Assembly: GCA_002189035.1 (NCBI GenBank)
Contig: NEEC01000002.1
Coordinates: 2,170,001 to 2,234,000 of the forward strand
Direction of reading: 5' to 3'
Source: Utricularia gibba
Lineage: Eukaryota > Plantae > Magnoliophyta
DNA length: 64,000 bases
In this document: positions 26,991 to 38,414 of the stretch, in pieces
Layout of the letters: every line of letters begins with the position of its first letter
Position numbering within the stretch: the first letter of the stretch is position 1
Made by a program: the position numbers and the translations under genes
Notes under the pieces: model-generated
Told to the model about the DNA's origin: nothing
The model's input: only the letters and a program-made list of their open reading frames with translations
Database searches by the model: none

Positions 26991-27882
26991 TCAGAAAATG
27001 CCGAGGAGTTTCTTGGGAGGAGCAGCTCCAGTTGCGCGGTACTTCGCTGCTATTTCTTCAGCTTTCAGAATTTCTTCCCCACGCTTTGCCTCGGCGGCGG
27101 CTCGCTTCTCTTCCGCGGATTTGTGAATGAGAGCAATCTTGTTCCGAGTTTTCTCTGTGTACTCTGCTTTCTTTTTCTCCAACTCTTCCTGAAAACGTAG
27201 CCATGCGAACATCAACTTCTGTAGTTTGTTCTTGGCTGGATGATAGCTTGAGCTGTTGTTACCTCGAGTTTCCTAAGTTCAGCTTCCAGCTTCGCCTTCT
27301 TGCTGTTCTCCCAAGCTGCTATGGCGGATATCTTCTTCTCAGACCTGCACAATTTAAGACGACGGAACTAAAGCTGTTTCAGGGGACCAAAGTGAAATCT
27401 TTCCGACCCAAATTCGAATATAATCAACGAACTTGTTTTCAGCTTTGGACTTCTCGCTTTCTTCCCATGCTTTGATCAAAGACAGCCTCTTTTCTGCTGC
27501 TACCTTTGCTAGAACAGCATCTAGGAGAAGAAATTTTGAACTGTGTCAACACACAGAGCACGTACAATGCCACAGGGTGGCGCGTGTCCATTGAAAAAAA
27601 AGAGCTTGGATTTACCTCTGTCTATGGTTTCTTCCTTTTCGCAGTGCTCTGCAGTCCCATCTGGTTCAATCAGAGAAATAATCAAATAGTTGAGTGCAGA
27701 GTCTAATTGCCTAGTAAAAAAAACTTACTTTCTTCAACCGCAGGAGCAGCTTCTTCAACTCTCTCTTGTGTGGGATCCAGAATAATGCTCTTCTCCTCGG
27801 CTCCTTCCGGCACTACTGCAGCTTCCTCCATCACTACCACAGCTTGTGGATCCGGTATCTTCTGATGCTCCTCCTTGCCCAT
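26991..27882 (-). CDS. REM: Group 1 remorin, multi-exon
   Basis: Acidic/Pro N-terminus MGKEEHQKIPDP; C-domain ELEKKKAEYTEKTRNKIALIHKSAEEKRA..EAKRGEEILKAEEIAAKYRATG..PKKLLGIF. Confidence 0.92.
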
Positions 27883-28564
27883 TATCTCGCACAGCTTAGC
27901 AATCTTGACTGAAAAACAGAGGAGCCGGAATGTGCCGAAACCAAGTTGGGAAAGAAGAAGAAAGGCAGCAAATATGGGGATGCATTTATAGAGCAGGCTT
28001 AAGAAAGACGGCCCACGTGGGTTGCAAAAACATGGCAGCCAACGCTTCAATGGACGATCCGAGCTGGCACCCATCATTTGTTACAGACAATCCAGTTGAA
28101 GCAGAAGTGGTCCAAATCCTCTGCTGGCAAATCGAACTTTGTTCTTTATATCTGGTCCCCAAATTACAGCATGTTCATGGTGTTTTTTTGGCACCTTCTT
28201 CAAACCAGCAACTTTATTCTAAAGGCTTTTGCTTCATTGCTCAGTTACCTTTTTTTCCATGGTATTCAAAATCAAAATCCCTGTTGTTATCTTTTCTTTC
28301 CCCCCATGATTCAAGTTCAAGAATCCAATATTTAATAACATTCAAATATATCCCTGATTCTGCATAGAATAAGGAAACTGACTTTTATTGTAAATTCAAT
28401 GTGCTGAAGCAATTCCTATAGTACTCCTACATAGAAAAAACCAAAGAATAAGTGCTGTTCTCTGTTCTTTGCTGCGCCGGCGGTATCTTGGATATTATAG
28501 AAAGAAACCACCAACGGACTCTGTGTTCTCTGTTCCAAGAAGGCTTGCAGAGGGTAGGTGCTGT

Positions 28565-29206
28565 TCAAAAGGCACGTTCCTTGATGATATCAAAGCTCAT
28601 TTCACTGGGATCAGTTGCTTGAAGCTCCACCTGAATTCCATCGAGTTCTCTCTTGAACCTGTCTTTCGAGCTTGCATAGACCATCTTCATCCTCACCTTG
28701 GAGGAATCCGGTGACCTGTGAAGAAGAGTTGTGAGAAGGTAACCAATCAGCCACAGCATTCTGATGCCGACGCATGGAAAAGGGTACCATGCTATGAAGA
28801 AGATCTTGCTCTTCTGGCAGTTCTCATTGGTGGTGAAGTCGAAATCGAACACTGCGTAGCGGCATTCGTCGGAGGGGAGGGAGCTGGTGAAATCTTCGTA
28901 GCTCGATTCAGGGCTCCCGAGCTTGTCCACCACCACCTGCTGACCTTCGATCCTGAAGGTTATGAAGCGGTAGTTTCTTTTGGCTTTCAGCTCCAGAAAC
29001 CTCAACTTGCAGTTGTCATCCACCGCCATTCCAGAAGCAGAGTTCGCCTGAAACCAACACCAATGCCAACAAGATCATCAACACAATGACATATGGATCA
29101 CAGAAAGAATTTCCCATGTATAATGTATCAGAATTCTACAAAGAAAACATGGCAATATGAAACAAGAAGAATCAAGCAGTAAATGGAGAGGAAGAAAGTG
29201 CACCAT
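28565..29206 (-). CDS. ADF: Actin-depolymerizing factor, ADF7/10-like; exons ATG-only (29204-29206), 28788-29047 and 28565-28715
   Basis: [31 protein letters not shown]|[40 protein letters not shown]. Confidence 0.96.
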
Positions 29207-29633
29207 ATTTGGGTCTAACTGTGAGGAAGAAACTACAAAACAAGGCGAGGGATTGTAGTTGTAATGGTTATTGTTCACGGTTTTGAGGGGGATTGAGAAG
29301 ATGGATTCTCTCAAAAACAAGAGAGAAATGCGGAGGAAGAAGCGGGAAATAAGTGGTCATCATTCACTTTTGTTTACTCGTCTAAAAATAGCATTCATTT
29401 GAATCAAACAAGATGAAGTTTGCCTTTGATCCCCAAGTTGTTTCCAAATCTCCATTCAATTACACATTTTCACAAGTTCACATGTTAGTCCTCATGTCAG
29501 GAATTTCCCACTGCAAATTCTTCAAGAGCATATACAACAGAGTTTATCAAATGTCGACACTCATGGATGCAAATGAAGTATGCCTTCAAGTTAGTGAAGA
29601 ACATTAAATTTGAACAAAAAATGGATACCAACA

Positions 29634-30372
29634 TCACTTCTTCTTGTCGCCACCAGCAGCAGCCCTGCAAGAGTTCCATTTCAAATGAGTTTCATGAAAA
29701 GGGGAGCATAGTGATGGGGTCACAAAGAGAAGTCTCAAAATTTGTGTAAAAAATCGACAAACAGCGGGAAAAAGGAATCCATTATCCAAGCACATCACCT
29801 CATCTTGCGAAGAACACTGGCCATTTCTTCTCTCTTCTTCCTGGCTCTCTTGTGGGCACCTAATTTTCTCTTGGCTACTTTCAGAGCACGCTTGTCTTTC
29901 CTAAATTTAAGAAATTCTGTAATCCTCTTTTCGCATGGTGCAAACCCAGCCACCTCTAGGATAAGACTCCTTGCAAAATGCACTCTCTTGCTAGTTTTCT
30001 AGAACATTCGTATCAGCAAGAGATATAGCCTCAGCAATAAACCAAGAAACACTGAAATTTCTTTCTGCTAACCATCTGAGTAACCATAACGGTAATTTCA
30101 GCACCCTACGGGAAATCAGAAACCAAAATAACATGCACTGACTGGCTATCCCGATTTGCCCCAAGAATGAACTTTTACATGTTTAGCACCATATGCACAT
30201 CATACATTGGGAAAGAAACACAAACACCGTAACATGTATCAATGAGAAACAAAGCCACTACAAGAAATCATACTCCTTTCCTGTCCGAGGGGCGAGGAGC
30301 TAACTCCGTCAGAGTGGCATGTCCCTTATTCAACCCTACAAACAACCCCCTTTTCGCCTGCTTCAGAGCCAT
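29634..30372 (-). CDS. RPL36: 60S ribosomal protein L36 (eL36), divergent copy, 3 exons
   Basis: [21 protein letters not shown]|[51 protein letters not shown]|AAAGGDKKK*; several substitutions at normally conserved positions. Confidence 0.92.
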
Positions 30373-30720
30373 CTGCAGTCAAAAAAACAAACCCACTTCA
30401 CTTTCCACATCCCTAGCCTAAAACACCCAACTCCTAAAACCCCATCGTCAGAATAAAAAACCGCAAGCATCGAAAATGACCAAGCCATTAAACACAAAGC
30501 CCAAACTACAGCACATTCTACTTCATGATTAAAAAGGTGGGATCTTTCATGCAATTTTCCCATTTATTAACCATAATTTGTAACTTTTGGAGGGGTGTTA
30601 TTATTATATTATTTTTTAAAAAAAGTATAAGATGGGCCTTCAGAAATCGAGCCCTAAATAACGTTAAACCTGAGAGTCTTGTCTCTGGAATTCTTGTAAG
30701 AACTTTTCAAGGCCGACGAA
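30373..30720. promoter_or_regulatory. Putative bidirectional promoter shared by RPL36 and AsnRS
   Basis: 348 bp between divergent ATGs; site II TGGGCC at 30633-30638. Confidence 0.55.
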
Positions 30721-32965
30721 ATGTCGGCGGAATCAATATCGGCGATGGAAGGGCTTACGCTCTCCGACGCTGTTGCGGAGGCACAGTTCTCGCAACGTGT
30801 TCCTATTAAATCAATATTGGGAAGGCCTGACAAGGGGGCCGGTTTGGCGGGCCAGAGAATCAAAATTGGGGGATGGGTGAAGACCGGGCGCGAAGCGGAG
30901 AAGGGTAGGTTCGCGTTTCTTGAAGTGAACGATGGGAGTTGCCCTTGGAATCTGCAGGTGATTGTGAAGGCGGAGCTTTACAAGCTAAGCGATGTCGTCG
31001 CTACTGGGACCTCCATTCATGTGCAGGGATCGTTAAAATCTCCCCCAGAAGGCGTAAAGCAAATGATTGAACTTGAGGTGGAGTCTATTCTTCATGTTGG
31101 TTTCGTTGATGCGGCCACGTATCCGTTGCCTAAAACCAAGCTGACGCTTGAGTTTTTGAGAGATGTTGTCCACCTTCGCCCCAGGACCAACACTGTATTG
31201 TTCTTAGCCATCTTTCTTTGTTTCATTTCCGTTCTTTCAAAGTGCTGATATTGCTGTCTGATAGAATTATTGTTCTTTTTTCTAGATTTCTGCAGTTGCT
31301 AGAATTCGTAACGCATTAGCTTATGCAACCCACACATTCTTCCAGAAGCACGGGTTTTTGTACGTGCATACTCCTATTATCACAACCAGTGACTGTGAAG
31401 GTGCAGGAGAGATGTTTCAGGTCGCAACATTACTTAGTGATGCTGAAAAGTTAGAGGAGGATATGAAGAAGAACCCTCCTAAAATCAGCCTAGAGGATGC
31501 TGAGCTGGCTGTGAAGGAGAAAGGAGATATAGTGGCTAAGTTAAAATCTGGCAAAGCAAGTAAACAGGAAATAGCAGCTGCTGTTTCTGAATTGGCCAAA
31601 GCAAAAGAAGAGTATTCAAGCCTTCATGGAAGGTTGAAACTGGCTGAAAGAGTAAAAAATACAGGCGGTATTCCTAAGAAGGATGGAAAAATTGACTATG
31701 AAGAGGACTTTTTTTTCCAGGAAAGCTTTCTTGACTGTATCAGGGCAGCTACAGGTTGAAACGTATGCATGCGGACTTAGTAGTGTGTATACCTTTGAGC
31801 CTACATTTCGAGCAGAACATTCACACGCTTCTTGACATCTCGCTGAATTTTGGATGGTAGAACCAGAGATCGCATTTGCTGATATACAGGTATGAAACTT
31901 CCATCCCCTGTTCCATGTGTGTTTGCCATTTGAGGTATCTGAAAATTTTCTCCATTCCTCAAAAATTTTGTTTGAAACTGGGTCATGGATGTGGCTCTTC
32001 TGTGAAAAATCGAGATGCGTGTGAGCATCTTTTTTGGAAAAATTGTGAATTTGGTCAGCTGTAACTTAGACTGATGATCTGTATGATACCTTTGTAGGAT
32101 GACATGAACTGTGCAGAAGCATATGTAAAATTTCTGTGTCAATGTTTGCTGGACCACTGCTATGATGATATGGAGTTCATAACAAAGTACATTGATAAAA
32201 CTGCCATCCAAAGATTGGAAACGGTTGAAAAATCCAAATTTCACAGAATAACATACACCGAGGCTATTGCTATTCTTGAGGAAGCCTCTAAAGCAAGGAA
32301 ATTTGAGAACAAAGTTGAATGGGGTATTGATTTGGCATCTGAGCATGAAAGGTGGAGTATCACTTGGTAGTTAGATGGGGTGACCCTTGCTTCATTTGCA
32401 TGATCCCTGTCTCCATCCTGCAGATACCGGGCCGAGGAGAAGTTCTAGGGACCGGTTATCGTCTATAACTTCCCAAAAGCAATCAAAGCGTTCTACATGA
32501 AGCTCAATGATGACAAAAAAACAGTTGCAGCTATGGACATTCTAGGGACGTTCATTTGACATCTCTTTCCCCTGTACATTACTGGTTTTACAGAAGCTCT
32601 TTTCTCCCATTTCTTCACAGGTGGGAGAACTCGTGGGTGGAAGCCAAAGAGAAGAGGATTACGAAGTTCTCAAGCAAAAGTAAACGATCACCTTATCAAC
32701 ATCTCACGCTCATCTGACTCCCAGCTACCGAAGAACCATCATTCCTTCGAGGGTGTTGATGATACAATCCATGTTTTGAAGGATCTTGGAGATGGGTCTC
32801 AGCACCGAACCATACGAGTGGTATCTCGACTTGCGGCAATACGGCACCGCGAAGCACAGCGGGTTCGGCCTCGGATTCGAACGAATGATCTTGTTTGCAA
32901 CCGGGCTTGAGAACATCAGGGACGTGATCCCCTTCCCCAGATTCCCTGGTAGAGCTGATCTTTGA
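30721..32965 (+). pseudogene. SYNC1: Cytosolic asparagine-tRNA ligase (SYNC1-like, WHEP domain), probable pseudogene
   Basis: [78 protein letters not shown]; in-frame TGA 31833-31835 and TAG 32446-32448; FGP changed to FEP; splice donor missing near 32545; extra T in T8 run 31709-31716. Confidence 0.85.
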
Positions 32966-33521
32966 GTGATACTCAGCACCACACCACACCTTACAGGTTA
33001 TCTGTCCAAGCATAGCTTCTTATTCTTATAGATGCTCCAAGTATATGTGTTTTTGCTCTCCCCAAATTGATTTTAATTTTCAAACTATTAGGTCGTATTT
33101 AATGGACAAATTAACAAGTTTTAATTAATGATTATAAATTATATTGTATTTATTTTTTTATTTTAAATAAATTTGAGATTATTTATTCTATTAAATACAA
33201 ACTTATTGAAAATTATATTTTTCTTTATGTTAATTTAATTTTAAAATATTTTTTATTTACTATTTTGATGTATAAAATTTATATTTATTTTATTATTTTT
33301 CTATTTTACCGCCCAAACTGAGGACCTGACTTTTGAACCGCTAAGCCGGTTGGGCGGCCGGACAAGGTTCGTCAAATCACTGTCAAGTGGATCATTCGGG
33401 GGTCCCACATCCTCCAGCTGCGATTTCGCTTTTGATTGGAACCGAATGTCCGCCATTGCCGCGCCTTGCAGTGTCCCTGTAAATATCGACTTGCATCCCC
33501 CATTTCGGTGGCGGAGGAATC

Positions 33522-34544
33522 ATGTCGAACTTCAATGCGCTGCTGCCGATCACCTTCCTCTGGCTCTTTCTGTCCTCCACCTTGTTCTTCGCGACGCCGG
33601 TGGTATCTTGGCGGCCTTGGCCGAATTCAACTGATTTCCCGGTCGCGGATTCGAAAAAGAACGAGGGGTCGTCGGAATTCGTTCACCTGCAATACCACAT
33701 GGGGCCGGTTCTCACTGCGAATATCACCGTTTACCCAATTTGGTACGGTCTGTGGAGGAACTCCCAGAAGCGTATCATCCGTGGATTCATCAGTTCCATC
33801 TCCGGCGATGCCGCCGCCGGAGTTCATTCGCCGTCGGTGGCGGGATGGTGGCGGACGGTACAGCTTTACACCGACCAAACTGGAGGAAATATCTCGCGCC
33901 ATGTCCGCCTCGGACAGGATAAGGACGACCGGTTCTACTCCCAGGGGAAATCGCTCACCCGTCTCGCCGTGCAATCCATCATCAAATCAGCCGTCTCCGC
34001 CGCCATGAAACCGCTGCCCATAGACCCTACCGGCGGGGTCTACCTCGTATTGACCTCCAGCGACGTGTACGTTCAGGATTTCTGCAACAACGTCTGCGGG
34101 TTCCATTACTTCACATTTTCTTCCATCGTCGGGTACACCTTGCCGTACGCATGGATCGGCAACTCAGCCAAGCTCTGCCCAGGAACCTGCGCTTACCCGT
34201 TCGCCGTGCCGTCGTACATCCCGATCCCCGCCGTTAAACCCCCGAACGGGGACCTCGGCGTCGACGGCATGATCAGCGTGATAGGCCACGAGATCGCTGA
34301 GCTGGCGTCCAACCCGTTTGTGAACGCTTGGTATGCGGGTCAGGATCCGACTTCCCCTGTAGAAATAGCTGATCTGTGCGAGGGCATTTACGGAACGGGC
34401 GGAGGCGGGTCCTATACGGGCCAGATGATCAACGGTTCCGATGGCGCCACGTACAACATGAACGGTATCCGACGGCGGTTTCTCGTCCAGTGGCTATGGA
34501 ATCGTGTGTTGAATTACTGTACAGGCCCTAATGCCCTTGATTAA
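33522..34544 (+). CDS. EXL: EXORDIUM-like / phosphate-induced protein 1 (EXL3-like), intronless, signal peptide
   Basis: LQYHMGPVLT, SVAGWWRTVQLY, FCNNVCGFH, CPGTCAYPF, PPNGDLGVDGMISVIGHEIAELASNP, EIADLCEGIYG. Confidence 0.95.
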   Translation: MSNFNALLPITFLWLFLSSTLFFATPVVSWRPWPNSTDFPVADSKKNEGSSEFVHLQYHMGPVLTANITVYPIWYGLWRNSQKRIIRGFISSISGDAAAGVHSPSVAGWWRTVQLYTDQTGGNISRHVRLGQDKDDRFYSQGKSLTRLAVQSIIKSAVSAAMKPLPIDPTGGVYLVLTSSDVYVQDFCNNVCGFHYFTFSSIVGYTLPYAWIGNSAKLCPGTCAYPFAVPSYIPIPAVKPPNGDLGVDGMISVIGHEIAELASNPFVNAWYAGQDPTSPVEIADLCEGIYGTGGGGSYTGQMINGSDGATYNMNGIRRRFLVQWLWNRVLNYCTGPNALD

Positions 34545-35037
34545 ACATCTGAAGGAGATATGCCTAGTCAGCGGCACGCATTCCACGTTGCTTTCAGTGT
34601 CGCAGTCTATACCCACACCTTCCCCCCTCCCTCATTAACTATTATCTTTTAATAATTCAAAAATTGACAACGTGATAAATGACATTTTTAACACGTTCCC
34701 TCCTTTCTCAACTTTTACGTTTTCTTACTATTTGTACAACGATGGACAATGAGATTAAATAGAATAATGATGTTAATTTTCTATGAATTTTTTAATTTTG
34801 TGTTTGTGGAAATAATAGAAGGGAAATGGGTTTGAATACACTTCACTGTATAACTAAATGCTCTATTATCTGCGCTATTGCAGGGGGAGTGAGATGAATT
34901 TTCGGTTGTTGAATATTCTTTTTCTTTTTAATTTTGTGTTTCTGGAAATAATTTTCGAAAAATGCAGAAAAGATATTGATAAATACGTCTTATAGTTAGC
35001 AGTCGGGTGACTCCTCTGAGGAAGAGGTGGAATTGCG

Positions 35038-35613
35038 ATGGCAACTCATCGTCATCCGATTGCTGTCTCCGTCGCGCTAGTTTTCGTGTCCTTTTTCTGC
35101 ATCGTAGACGCCGGGAACCCGGATTTGGAATTCCTGAACGCTTCCTGCTCCGCCGCCACGCTGTACCCAGGGGTCTGCTTCAAATCTCTGTCCCCCTTCA
35201 CTACTCATATTCGCCGGAGCCCACGGCGGCTGATCACGACCGCTGTGGCGCTGAGCCTATCGAAAGCCCGTTCCACGCAAGGGTTCGTGTTCCGGCTCGC
35301 CGGATCGAGGGGGCTCCGGAGGCCGGACAGCGCCGCCCTGAGAGACTGCCTGGAGGTGGTGGGCGACGGCGTGGATATGCTGGTGAAATCCCTGAGGGAG
35401 ATGAGGGTTTTGGGGACGCCGCAAAGCCCCGATTTTGAGTGGCATCTCAGCAACGTGCAGACGTGGATCAGCGCCGCGCTCACGGACGAGACGACGTGCT
35501 TGGACGGGTTCCCGGCGGCAGGCCGGGTCACATCGGAGGTCCAGACCCGGATCACCTTTTTGGCCCATGTGACGAGCAATGCCCTCGCGCTGTGTAACCA
35601 CTACGCTGGGTAA
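35038..35613 (+). CDS. PMEI: Pectin methylesterase inhibitor / 21 kDa protein-like, intronless
   Basis: Signal peptide; SCSAATLYPGVC, ALRDCLE, SNVQTWISAALTDETTCLDGF, TSNALAL. Confidence 0.93.
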   Translation: MATHRHPIAVSVALVFVSFFCIVDAGNPDLEFLNASCSAATLYPGVCFKSLSPFTTHIRRSPRRLITTAVALSLSKARSTQGFVFRLAGSRGLRRPDSAALRDCLEVVGDGVDMLVKSLREMRVLGTPQSPDFEWHLSNVQTWISAALTDETTCLDGFPAAGRVTSEVQTRITFLAHVTSNALALCNHYAG

Positions 35614-36885
35614 TAAATATTCCACTGTTTTTCCTTTTTTTTTAAATGAAATAAATAGTGACGTAGCACACACGATCGCATTTTCTTTATTATTATTATT
35701 TTATTTATTCCAAAAATCATTAAAGACAAAAGGTTCAGTTACGCTTATCCAACCAGATTATGCGGCGAAAGGGATACTTGCGGCTGTAAAAAAACGGACA
35801 ATAAATGTAAAGCACAAACCGTTTTAAAATAATATAAATATAAATTATTCGACTTTTAAATCCCTAAAAAACAACCCAAAACGCGCGTATTTTATTTTGT
35901 GGATAATGTTTTTCAGGTTTATAAATATATAATACATTTTAAATATTAATTTAATTTAATTTTTTTGAGAATTTAAAAAATATGGATTAAAAATTTGGGA
36001 TTTCAAATACTTAGAATTCGAGAAAAAAATGAAAGAGTGAGAGGTGAGATTTGCATATCTCAACTAGTATAAGATAATTTTACCTTTTTAATATTATATT
36101 AGGATAATTTTACTTTTATGATTTTTTTTATCTCATTTTCAATCATTTTCATTCTTTTAAATAATTCATTATACAATAATTTTCTTCTCAATTTATTAAA
36201 ATAAATCGATATTATATATGTATTTTGAAAAAAGTATGTTTTTTAAATCACGATTTACATCCTTAAAGCATTTTTGTATTTAAATGCCTTATTTAATCAT
36301 ATGAAGATGTGTGTATAAATCTACATCCCCTCTTTCTTTAATTAATTTCAATATTTTAAATTAATAATTTAAGTACTATATAATAAGCTAATTGCACCAC
36401 TTCATCTTTATTTGTTATTTGATGACTCATAGTCTTGTCAGATCAATATCCCCTAAACACAATCATTTTATGAATCTAATTTAAACATATTTTAAATAAA
36501 AAATATTTTTTTCTTTCATCAATTATTAGATATATAATAATTCAATAATTTGTTTATTATGTATGCCATCATGAGATGCACAAGGAATATTTTTATATTA
36601 TAAGCCTAATCAAAATTTCTGATATTTTTATAATTATACTTTATAGCAACTTGGTATATAGTTTGATAAATTTTAAAAAATAACTTATGCATTTTATGCT
36701 CTATAACAAATTATTATATATATTATAAAAATAACTATCAACCATCCATTGGAAGGGTATAATCAAAATCCATACTTGTTCAAACATAAGCAATGAACAT
36801 GGAATAAAAAAGAAAAGCTTTTGTTGCATGGATTGGGAATGAACAACACACCTCAGGCTCCTCAGAGAGAGAACTGGTCACTTAA

Positions 36886-37949
36886 CTAGGAGGTCTTTTT
36901 GGGGGGAGACATGTTGCCGATCAGGGAGGTTGTCACAGCCACCGCGAGCACATCGATTGCTGCACCTGTGGAGATGAGTTCTCTTCCCATGTGAATGATG
37001 ATGGAGCAGGTATTTGTTAACCTTAGCTTAATGCTCACAACCCACCTGATAAAACTGCACCCGCATTCAGAAACTCGAGATTTGATAGCTCCAAGGAGGG
37101 AAAGCCCTTGGCAATCTGCAGTCCAGTGTTGCAGTTTCAGTGAGGTTGAAAGTGCGAGGTATTCTACAGGTGGTTTATCTTTTCTTTCCAAATGGGGATA
37201 GCCACTTCAACTTCCTAAGAGAAATCCAGAAAGCAAGCAAGGATAGGTGTTATACCTCGAGGTATTGCCCGCTCTTGAGGAGACAGAGCACTGAGATGAG
37301 TGCAGCGGCTGATACTCCAAATGCGTACGCCTTCAGTAGGTTGGCGCGGCTACGCTTTCTGCCTTAATAAGTTTCATGCAGCAATCAGCTCAAAGCGCTA
37401 TATCTTACACCATAGATGGAGATCAGATGAAGCTCACCTATTTCTCCTAAGAGCAGAGAAACAAAGAAACCGATTGAAGAATAAATAAGAAGTGGATCAA
37501 CTGTCCCTTCCTTCAACTTGGTCAAGTATAAAGCTATTGCCGCTATAAACCGGACAACACCCTGTATACAAAAAGCAGATAGGGAGTCAATAGAGGATTT
37601 TGATCCGTTCTCAGAGTAAAATATGCATGCTTGGGGTAGGAAAAAGGTTGCTCATTTTAGTGAAAGATCATCGCCAACATGCTAGTAGACAGGTGAAACA
37701 CTCAAAATCAACATAACCTGGGCAAGCATCAATGTCGCGAGACGAGATTTTCCTTGCGCAACCTTCTGGTATCCTTGAAAAAAAAAGACGCCGGAAGCCA
37801 ATTAGAGCCCTTGCCAGGCTAACAAAAGTTGAAGACAATTCAAGCAAATAGGAAGAGGCAACACTTGAATCGACCACCATTCGGTAGGAGAAATCGGAGC
37901 CGTCCGTCCCAGATGGGCGCCCATTTCCGACTGCCCTCCTCTGATTCAT
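36886..37949 (-). CDS. Jagunal-like ER membrane protein, multi-exon
   Basis: GRPSGTDGSDFSYRMVVDS|RYQKVAQGKSRL; GEIGRKRSRANLLK; C-terminal LIGNMSPPKKTS; penultimate exon boundaries uncertain. Confidence 0.85.
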
Positions 37950-38414
37950 CCCCTTTAAAAACCACCCGCGATTTACAGGCTACAGCGCACTTCTTGGCTA
38001 ATGCAGGTCCCGGGAATCCCCTTTCTCCTTCTTCCTCCTCTGGCACGGTATTTCATCAACAAGTTTGCCCTAATTTGTGCATTAGGCGGAAATTTCGAAT
38101 AAAGAAATTTGCACTAAGTAAATTAAAAATGATTAAAAAAAAACAGGAACACGTGATGGCGGTGGAACGGAGGTTTCTCAAGCCCGCCAAATATTACCAG
38201 GCGGCTGGAGCCGACCCGATCCGTACCGCTTTGCACATGTTGGTCCACGCGTCCTCCTTTTCTTCATCTGAAAGAAAAACCGAGAACCCTACAGCTCTTC
38301 CGTAGTATCCGAAATCGGACTTCGTTCACTGGATTGTCGTCGGTTGTCGATTGGTTCTCGTTCCCGGGGGAAGCTTCAGCGGGAGTTTCATTGTGAATCG
38401 TGTGGGATTTGGAG

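Noticed and set aside
31833-32448. Stop-codon readthrough, selenocysteine or U-to-C editing rescuing AsnRS
   Set aside because: Both TGA and TAG occur alongside a lost splice donor and a conserved-site missense change; such recoding is not known for angiosperm nuclear mRNAs of this type.
33402-33412. snRNA upstream sequence element-like GTCCCACATCC
   Set aside because: No TATA box at the expected spacing and no snRNA sequence downstream; it lies in the EXL promoter.
33350-35673. Overlapping alternative-frame and antisense ORFs over EXL and PMEI (and similar ones over MIK, PME and UXS)
   Set aside because: These are expected shadows of GC-rich coding sequence, with no independent motifs.
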